Assembly: GCF_964355755.1 (NCBI RefSeq)
Contig: NC_092676.1
Coordinates: 5,805,888-5,869,887 of the forward strand
Direction: 5' to 3'
DNA: 64,000 nt
Origin: Antedon mediterranea
Lineage: Eukaryota; Animalia; Echinodermata
The notes beneath the pieces are model-generated. The model made no database searches. It saw nothing but the letters and a program-made list of their open reading frames with translations, and had not been told where the DNA came from. The position numbers and the translations under genes are program-made. Every line of letters begins with the position of its first letter. Position 1 is the stretch's first letter. Positions 54,189-64,000 of this stretch are shown here, in pieces.

Positions 54189-54749
54189 CAGATGACTGTA
54201 ACGAAGAAGATAACATACATTAATTAAACAATATACGCAAATATCAATTATTTATTACTGTAGAAGATTATATGAAATATTAATAATGTATAGGAGATTA
54301 ATATATTTGCATATAAACTTAATATTTTTAAGATGAATTCAATGAATTAATATAAAAATCTAACTAAGATTAGATTGTTAAAGTGGCATGTTTTAACAGA
54401 GATTTATTCCGCAGTGAGAGTTTGAAACGCACCCTAGCAAACTACCATTTGTTGGTAGTAGCTAATCTGTAGTTGAACATTTCTAAACATTAAGTCAATG
54501 TTTGCTGGTATATTCAATAAAACAATACATTGAAACATTATCAAATAGGGTGCTCTAAACTGTTTTCTTCTTTCTGTATGTATTCCTCGCTGTTGTTGGT
54601 TTGTCCAGGTATGCCAGGCATAAAATAGAATTTTCAGTAAAAACTGCAGTAACTACAGTGGAATAATTTTGACATGTATTTACTCTGTTGTTCCGTTGTA
54701 CATTTTTGATTTAATTAAGTTAATCCGTGACCAGCTTTCATTTAATGAT

Positions 54750-54934
54750 CCCACCTGACTTTTTGTTCCACGATCTAATCGGGAACGCGCTATCTGTTGA
54801 TTTGAGAGGAGCGAATTCGACACCTCTATTTAAACGTCACCTTAAAACTTTTCTTTTTAATTAATTAGTAAGTGTTGTTAGGCGCTCTGTTCTTTGTAGG
54901 GCGACATATAAAAACCTGTATAGAATAGAATAGA
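54750..54934 (+). mobile_element. L2-like LINE 3' end remnant
   Basis: FKRHLKTFLF-coding end followed by ggcgctct...ggcgacatataaa and (TAGAA)n tail. Confidence 0.5.
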
Positions 54935-56506
54935 TCATGATCCTAAATCTGGTTTATTTAAAGAATTATTTGAAAAATTTGTTAAGCCCATTTTCAAATT
55001 TGCATTTAAAGTTGATTACATTATGAGTTGAACATATATATGAATATGAATGTAAATAATAATGGTTTATCGTGTAAGTCTAAACTTAACATAAATTGGT
55101 CTTTATGGGTTTATGCAACAACAAAAAGGCAACAATCAATTTCAAGTACAATCATACTCTGGAGCACTAAACACATTTTTCATTGGTTACTTTACATCAA
55201 AAGCACTCAAAAATTTGTAGATTTACTTAACTTGTATGCGGTGCTTTTCTTTGAAACTACTTACAGTATGTATATTTGCTTAATGGATTCAATGTGATAT
55301 ACAGTATAAATAAAAGATGTCGTTAATGTTGGATAATTTTTTTAGGCTAGAGGGCTTACAAATTGTTGCAATTAAAGCAGAGAATTGTTATAAGCCGAAG
55401 GCTAGAGGGCATACTACTGACTGGAAAGTGATTCCAACAAGATGGCGGCCGTAAATTTGTTCAAAAATATTATATAGTCTATAAAATAATAATCTAATAT
55501 AATAAATTAGGACCAAATAAATCACAACACATTTTTTTGTTGAAGCACAGTAAAGTGTTTAAAATTAAATATTGTTTAATAATCGCAATGGAATAAATAA
55601 TTTCTTGATAATTTCCAGAAATTGTTGTATACGAGGGTCATCAGAATGCTCAACGCATATATGTTGCATTATCGTACGGAGAATGTAAAGAATGCTTTCC
55701 ACGCCGATACGCTTAACACACATGCGTAGTAGTGCGTGACTGCGTAGAGGTGTATTGAATGGTTGCTTGCAACCGTCATCTGGTTGGTTCCCCCTCCATG
55801 AAGAATCATTTTTGTAACTGCAATTACATTGGAGTTGATGATGTAGCCTTAGGCTATTAGATCTTTGAATTAAAGTCATTTCTGCACAAATTAAATTTTT
55901 TTATGATTTTCATTTTGCATTTTCAGAAAAAATAATCATGTTAAAATTACTCTACTACAGTGTTACTGCATTTTTCCAAGCTCATTACCCTGTTTATGCA
56001 ATAATTCAGTTTCTTTTGGGTATACACAGGTGACTGTACTTCTACATAAAAACAAATTAATTACATACATTGTTTCAGTAAAATAATTTCAGAATAATTT
56101 TGACATGATTCCTAACTAAAAAATAGATTTTTACATTTTAGTAAAGTCATGGTTTGCAGTAATTTATTTCAAAGGGAAATAAAGTTTAGAACATTTGGTT
56201 GTTTTGAATGAATTTTCATATTTTTCAAAATGCATGGTGTAAATCGCAAACCTAACTTTACTTTTGTTTAAATGTGTCAAGCAAACCTTTAAAGATGTAT
56301 TGTCCCCAAAAAACATGAAAAATGAAGATCAATTAAATCAGACTTTGAATAGGTTATTTGTAGTTGTAATATTAAAGTTAATCACTTTCGCAGAAAAAAA
56401 CGACAAAAAAACAAATGTTTTCAAATAAAATAACATAATAAATGGCTAAATTCAACCAAAAATCCATTGGCTGGCAGGCAGCTGATTTGACACTTTTTTG
56501 TTTTAA

Positions 56507-57561
56507 CACTTTGACTGCCAAACACGAAGATCTTCGTTTTTGGAAACACAACGCTTGACTGCCAAACACGAAGATCTTCGTTTTTCGCGTTTTTTTACGA
56601 AATCCGGTAGATAGGTTAATTATTGGTATATACTATAAATATGGACACTATATTCGGTCTGGACCATGAATATTTTTCTTTTTGAAAGTAACTAATCTGG
56701 ATAAGAACGATTGTCAAAATGGTACCTGTCGAAATAACATACACCGCGCATCACAGTAGCGCGTACAGCGATGGTTTGGCGCATTGTGTATCGGTCGCGC
56801 GCTAGCTATGCCGCCGCCGAAGCATTACAAAGGTTTATGTGGATTGGCATGTTTGTTTGTTATCTGAATAAAAAATAATGGATGAATTTTCAATATGAAG
56901 TCTTTAATTTTATTATTGTATGTATACCCTAATTGTTTTGGTGTTTCACTGTAAGTGGCCGAGTTTCACGCAACAAACTTGTTTAGAAATGGTATGAATA
57001 TTATCATCAGTTTACTAGCTAGGCTAGTAGTACTAGGCTAGCTAGGCTATAGCCTAGGCCTAGTCGTAAAACGGTTCCGGACCAACTTTAGACCTAGTTA
57101 CCTAGGCCTGGTGTCTTTACTATGTGGATTTTGGCAAAACATTGATGTAAGATTTATGATTTATAAAATATAATAAATTTTTTGATAGTGATAACTTGTT
57201 TTTATAGGCCTACTGGTGCCGTGTAAGTAACTTTTTCGTTGTTTGTTGATCTCACCGGGCGATATTTTCATAATTGTGATGTCTTGCACAAATCGCGAAT
57301 ATCGCGACTTTCTTGCGCGAAACTACGAAAAACTCAAAAAGTGCGTTACTTTCATTTTATTATTACGATTTACATATTGCGATTTGAAAATCGTTCTTCG
57401 TACCATTGTAAAGCTAAAATCTTTATGATTATTTTAGTCTAAATTACATGTAAATCAGATCACATACATAGTTTCAATCAGCTTTAATAAAAACATCGAA
57501 TTGGGCTATAAACGCTGGCGGTGGCAGTTTCTAACTGGAAAAACCTCTGGCAGTCAAAGTG
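56507..57561. mobile_element. piggyBac-like non-autonomous element (TTAA TSD) nested in a Kolobok-like MITE (56293-~57695)
   Basis: ttaa|cactttgactgcca ... tggcagtcaaagtg|ttaa; host sequence matching 9036-9382 resumes afterwards. Confidence 0.82.
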
Positions 57562-58644
57562 TTAAATGACAATTTGTCAGGTAAATAAATTTTGTTTTAA
57601 AGATCCAATTTTTGGTCAAAGTGGATAACTATATTAAAATGGCATATTCAACAACAAAAAATGTAAACATTTTTTTTCAGGAGAAAAATACATCAAAAGC
57701 AATATATTATTTATTACCATGATAAATGAAAACAGGAATATACAGTACTACTGTAGGCCTACATGTTTATTTCATGATGGGTTTTACATTTTGTAAATGG
57801 ATGACGTAAAATATTGACATCCCAAAAGCGAGAAAGAATGATTTTAATGTTTTATGCGTTTACTATTCACAGACTGCCTTCTAATATACAAATACTCATT
57901 TAACAGACTATAATCCTGTCTAAATACTGGTTTTTATTTAGTAGAATTTACTAAAAACGGAAGTAACTGTGCTTAGCCTAAGTATACCCATCTATCAAGT
58001 ACAGAATCGCAAAGTTCAAATTAAAAAAAAAACAGTATTGTAATATTATAACATCTCAGTTTACATGCATTTTACTAGAATGTGATTGGTCTAAATAGCA
58101 AGATTGAAATGAATAAGCAGCAAGGTCAAATAAGCGGCAAGGTCAAATATAAAACAAGGTCAGATAAGCAACAAGGTCAAATAAACGCCAAACCGAAACT
58201 AATTTTATAATAGTGTACAGTTCGGATATTGTTCAATTTCATTGTTATCATCTGTTTATTTTATTTACTTTGTTCTTGAATATAGTCTATACTACACTGT
58301 GCAGTGATGATAATGAGATATAAATGTGGAGTACATTATCTCAGATCATTAATATATCACAAAGGCATACTAGGTTGAATGAGAAAATCACTATTGATCG
58401 TGTTTAGAATTATTAATTATTAGCCGTTTTAAACTAAATTATAAGAATAGAACAGAAAATAATTATAGAAATAATGTTATTAATTAAAATAATAATTTAA
58501 TCAAACAGAGGATATTAAGGAATGATTAAAATCTCCATTGGAGTGTATCATGGACATTTTATAATATTGTATCACATTAAATGTAGTTCTATTTCATGGT
58601 AAAGTACTATTGACTGATTGTGTATTCGCCAAAACCATACCATA

Positions 58645-58841
58645 CCATGTCAAAATTATTCTACTGCAGTTACTGCAGTAACTACATTTTGTTTACTCTA
58701 TAACCTGTTTTGGTAACACTGTTTATTGCAATAATTGCCTCATAACTTCTACAGTAAAACAAATTTAATCATATATTTTATTGCAGTAAAAAAATGTAAA
58801 TACTGCAGTAACTACAGTAGAATAGAATAATTTTGACATGG
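58645..58841. mobile_element. Small MITE with TA TSD (CCATGTCAAAATTATTCTACTGCAGT TIR)
   Basis: ta|ccatgtcaaaattattcta ... tagaataattttgacatgg|ta; solo ends at ~37660, 49185, 53752, 54642 and a worn copy ~55937-56108. Confidence 0.75.
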
Positions 58842-61762
58842 TACCTAATCCCACCATAAGTAATTTGACAAATCAGGACATCTTGGATCTCTGAATTTTC
58901 GTTTGTGATTGGTCAACCAAGCTTTAGCATAGTAAACAAATTCAAAAACACCGATTTGCTGAGCCTAGCATCGCGGGCCGATCAACACGAAAAGGTTCTC
59001 TGACAAGACCATTTTCTCCTCAAAAACATCAAATTAGTTGAAACAATATCACTATGTGGTACATAACATTACATTTTATGTACCGTAATTATATGCTGAA
59101 GAAAATAACAATAATTCCCAAATATTGAAATGTTGAAAGGTTCATTCAACAAACTAAAGGCGGAAGCCATGCTTGTTTCATCGTAAACAGAAGTGTCAAC
59201 GAATCAGAGAGTGTATTTAATTTACTTTTACTAATTACTTATACTTACTTTAATTTTACTCTACATCGCTTTTGTTACAACAGGCTTCATATTTAAATAC
59301 TAACATTTATAATCAATAGTATTGGATAATAGTGAGAATGATAAACGACTACAGATGGTCAATGAAGTGTGAACATTTACATGTGTAAATGTCACTGAAA
59401 GTTAATTTATACATTAAACTGATGATGATATATGACGGGATTGTGGCTAAAAATTTGATGTTCAAGAAATGAAGTGTATAGCTAGAGTGAATAAAAAAAA
59501 ATTATATTTCTCAGAAGACTTTGTTCAAAAACATCTTTGAAAAGTTGTTAATTAATTGTAAAGTTATATTTTGTTTTGATGTTTTTTGTTTATCATTGCC
59601 ATGGCAACATTTTCTATGCTCATCTAAAATCAAATATGTTATTACTATTATATAAATAATTTTCAAAGGTCAAATTATTTAAGAATGCTTTCAAGATGGA
59701 TATTAAAGTCATCTATCAAGGTACAAAATGTGAAGGTGAAAAAGGCAGAACAAGAAATGATTAGGTCATAGGCCCATTAATGTGATTTCATTTTGCTGAT
59801 GATCATGGCCTTCATATAGGATTGAAGTACTATGAAATGCATTGTGACCACTAGGCAGCCACATACTCAACTGCACTTTCACTAATTGCAAGGCTGAAAT
59901 ATTTACATACATATACAAAATCACTCATTAAAAATAAACATCAAATTATAGACAATCAGTTGCCCAAGGTCTCCCATAACAACCAAAAATGTACTAGTAC
60001 GCTGGGCAACTGAACTTTATAATGAAGTATTGTCCCCTAATGAAAAATCAAGAAAATAAAAGCATACTTTGAATTGGCCAGTTTGTAGTTTTAATTAAGT
60101 TATTTACTTCTGACCTCTAGAAAAAAACCAACAGAAATAATGACTTCACTATTTAAGACAAACATATTTTTTTTATAATTTTCATATTATGTGACATAAA
60201 AATGGCATATTCAACAAAAACAATATCATTTTTTTCAGGGAAGTATATCTTTAAAGGTTTGTTCTAATATGCAACCCACTAAATCACCAAAAGAAACAAA
60301 GTTGTTTTTACCTTTTGAATACAAATCTGCTCTGTCTAAACTATCAAACTTTATGTGCAAAAAAATGTGACGTGCCCCTATATGGACATGACGATTGATT
60401 TCATATCACTACCATGAAATGACTATCAAACAGGGATGTAAATTAGTGACTCTCTAACCAAGATACATTTGTCTGACTAAGAAATGATCATATTCGATGA
60501 AAAGTCAAGGCAAATTAATTTTAATGGAGCAATTATACCCATAGTACAGTATAGCAAAACAACAATTTTTTTTGTGGACACTTTTTTTAAGATATATTAA
60601 TAAATACATTATTATTTTGTATACATATATTTTTTAGAACAGAATTTGGTTCAAATTAAATTAAACCTGAAAGGCAATTAAATGAACGTGATAAGATTTA
60701 TATATTTGGACAAAGACTTGTTAATGGACGATAACACTCAGAATGCCATCATAAATAGGAAAATTAATAACAATTTTGATTTACTTTTGACATATAATGA
60801 TAAACAATAAATGCAAATCAAGTTTGAAATTAGAAAATGGCATATCATAAATACAAAATGTACTCATGCATATAGTGGGTGGCATGGAAGATACAGCTAT
60901 AAATATAGATGCAGAAAAAGATCCATTAGTTATAATTTGTAAGTGTAGAACCTTCCCTTTGGTCGGACACTCTTATTCAGGGGACAACTTTAAAGGCCAA
61001 CTGTGAAAAAACAATGAGCAATATAACGTATAATCATTATAATGTCTTAACACACAGTCAACCTCTGTTCAGGCATGGAGGTATAAAACGTCCATGGTTC
61101 AGGGGACACCTCTAAGGATGTGTCCCCGCTTAAGAGGGTTACTGAATTGTTACTGTACTCTATACCTTGTCAGATTCACTAAATATAATATTTAAAGTTG
61201 TTCAACCTTGAAGTCTGTGGTCTAATGTTTGCCCTGTTTGTGAGAGGTCACATGTTCAAATCATGTCAGTGGGTCTAATTTGTCACACAATTGATTCTTA
61301 GGAATCAATATAGTCTGGGCATATAGTCCCAAACCAGATACAGCCATCATCATTCCTGATGATGACCAACAACACTCTGAACTGAGATTGAAATTGCAAA
61401 AATCAATTTCATTTTAGACAAAAACCAACCAAACAGAAATATCTGCTAACTTTAAACGATAGAAGAATTTCGGTAAGCCAACAGGGCAACATTATCATAC
61501 CATTGCAGGGCTGCCATTTCGAATCTTTCCACTACGCTACTCCTCAAGTGTCAAATGGGTCCCAATCAATGCCCTCCTGACCCGGACCAAGACCACGAGT
61601 GATTGGGCAGACGACAACTAACTGGCCTAGCCACTAGCTGGTGGTAGAGAGGTTGACAGATTAGCCGTAGCATTGATTATAAACCAATTAGAAATTAATT
61701 TATAAATAAAACTGATCTTTATTTACTTCTTTACGCTATATAAATAAAACGAACTCACTTAC

Positions 61763-61830
61763 CTGTAGTTTGGAGTGCCCGCCACTGGCTCTAAACTACA
61801 CACTAATACTCTAAGTACATAATCTAATCC
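61763..61830 (-). other. Putative non-coding first exon of distal TP53I11 transcript (5' end uncertain)
   Basis: Perfect donor CAG|gtaagt at 61763/61762; CCAAT boxes just upstream; the 54195 exon has an acceptor that needs an upstream exon. Confidence 0.5.
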
Positions 61831-61849
61831 GCTAAGATATTCCCATGCT

Positions 61850-61880
61850 CCAATCTCTGTGAACGAATTGACCAATCAGA
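61850..61880. promoter_or_regulatory. Two CCAAT boxes (NF-Y-like, incl. TTGACCAATCAGA), putative distal promoter
   Basis: ccaat at 61850 and gaccaatca at ~61870 next to the putative first exon. Confidence 0.4.
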
Positions 61881-62476
61881 GCATTCGAAATAGGCAATGA
61901 CATAATCATCATCCTTGCTCACGGAATCAAAGGCAAAAAGCTGTATTGTTCACTTGATGTCATTTATTTAATACAACATATGATTAATAAACATAGACCG
62001 TACGCGTATGTATTATCATTAACAAGAATCTTTTCGAGTAGCCATAGCAGTCAGAACGTCAAACTGGTCCCATCGTTTCAACTATGACTTGATTCTAATA
62101 GTAGGCCTAGTATAGCCCTTACGAATCATCATCGTATTGAAAAACACGATTTATCCTATATATATTGATGCGTATTAAAGGATCGTAAATAGGGGATTCA
62201 ATAAATTTACAAACGGAAACGATATACTATACAGCACCTCATTACACCCATTAGGCAGAGGTAGAGAGGTCATAAATCCGTTTAAGGGATCCAAGAAATT
62301 TACAAACGGATACGAGTAGGTTCTTGAACATTACACCCTCCCCAAAATTCAAAATCCTGGATTACATTCGCCACTGTCTTGGAAAAATGAATAAAAATAG
62401 TGATTATTTTTATATCAATTTATTGTATTGTTTTTTTTTCTTTGCAATGATTATTAATCCTCATCTACATTTGTTA

Positions 62477-62722
62477 TAATAATAATAACAACTTTATTTA
62501 AAAACGGATGCAACACTTGAATCATCATATTGGTGTTTTTCACAAGGCCGTTACTTACTACAAAAATATTTACACAAGTTATCATTAACAGTACATTATA
62601 ATTAAAAAACTATACAAAAAAAAAAATAAAGAAAAAAATGATTTCATGAAAAACATAGAGTTTCAAGTATATTTTATCTTTGGTCATTTATAATTTTTTT
62701 AAATATATGTATATTAGGAGCT
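62477..62722 (-). repeat. LINE 3' UTR copy, inverted relative to 47335-47570
   Basis: Near-identical reverse complement, including uninterrupted cagctcctaatatacatat. Confidence 0.85.
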
Positions 62723-64000
62723 GTTTGGTTTTTGTGTTTTAATTTTAGTAGACCTACTAAATGATACCAACGTATAATCGTGGTATATAATAGGCCTATT
62801 TATTTACGAGATGCGGTAAGGTATTCATGACGTCTACAGTTTTCTACAAAGCTTTTTTACATCAATAAAAAGTAATACTAATTTGTCATCGGTAACCAAA
62901 ACCTGTATCTAATAATAGATTTGATTAAATAAGACATTCAGATTGCGCGATGTTAATCAATGGATATTATTCGCGTACACTGACAGATATAGGACTTGGT
63001 GATTAGGGATGCCCGTAGCAAAGTCCTGTATCTTATCAAAAAGGAAAATATTGAACTGCTCATTAGTTAATGTTTATTAATGAACAATATTAATCTTGGT
63101 TCCCACTTTGACGAAGACTAGGTTCTAGACTGTGGTTCGAATTAATATTAAAACAGATAGATATTGTGGCGTTTTATTTTTCTGAACATTTATCAATCAT
63201 CGAAACTGTTTAATTGCGTACTGCCTTGTTTTTCAACGTCAGACGAAGTCACTGGAGACCGTTCATGCTTCGTTGTTTACAGGGGTAAGTTTGTTACTTC
63301 CTACCTACCTCCACCACCAACGTTAGCGATAACTGTGCTCATACCAACTTACAACGGGTAAACAACTAAGCCAGAACGCCGGGCCCCATGTTTCTTCCCA
63401 TACTGTTTTCACTCACGAATTACTTCCAAGCCAATTCTCCATATCCCCCATGGGCCCTTTCCTGCACTCTCTCTTTCCATGCGTGCGCAGACGTCAGAGT
63501 TTTTAATATCCACACTGTTCTTAGCAACTTCATCTGTCAATATTTTTAAAATCCTAACGATATCCCCCACGTACGAACTACAGTAATAACGCAACACAAC
63601 TCGTATAAAATGTCATTTTACAAAACCTTTTACACCTTACCTTTAACATTTAATCTATTATACAACAAACTCTACAAAATCTCATTTGTATCTTTGACCA
63701 ATTCGCTCTTTAACTCGATCTAGTAAAATGTTAAAAGTCGCTGATGTTTTGCTCATAAACTCTACTGGAACACACGACTGATTCACATTGATGAATAATA
63801 TGATGCAAAAGATGACGTTTGAAATATACCGAGAACAAAAAGGTTCTGAATAAAAATGGCATATTGCATGATTTTGATTTATAATGACGCGCTAAGTGTA
63901 AAATATAAATGTAAACAAAACAAAAACAATAAAACTTTAGCGTCATCATGACAACCAACATTTCAATAAAATAAAAAGCATCAACAAGAAAAACAATAAC

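Noticed and set aside
55438-55449. YY1 motif CAAGATGGCGGC as a promoter
   Set aside because: Single motif, probably within a repeat fragment, no adjacent exon on that strand
63409-63597. 62-aa minus-strand ORF as a coding exon
   Set aside because: No recognisable homology and no consistent exon chain within the window

Overview
AT-rich eukaryotic (animal, probably marine invertebrate; inference) genomic DNA. Most of the window is one intron-rich minus-strand gene recognisable as a TP53I11/PIG11 homologue (small multi-pass membrane protein). Six shared coding exons (13878-13971, 13730-13788, 11034-11082, 9915-10017, 8889-8990, 7903-8075) splice in frame with GT-AG boundaries. The most striking observation is that the ~48 kb upstream of the shared exons holds an array of at least five separate ATG-initiated 5' coding units (16668, 21219, 29608, 39883, and 54135+52236 with a putative non-coding exon at ~61763). 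Every one ends in phase 2 at a good donor site and so can join the same shared acceptor, predicting alternative promoters and distinct N-termini. The introns are full of non-autonomous transposons (PIF/Harbinger-, Tc1/pogo-, Kolobok-, piggyBac-, Academ- and Helitron-like), tRNA-derived SINEs, LINE remnants, nested insertions with readable target-site duplications, and tandem repeats. All calls are from manual reading; no database search or alignment was run, and repeat boundaries are approximate unless a TSD is given.
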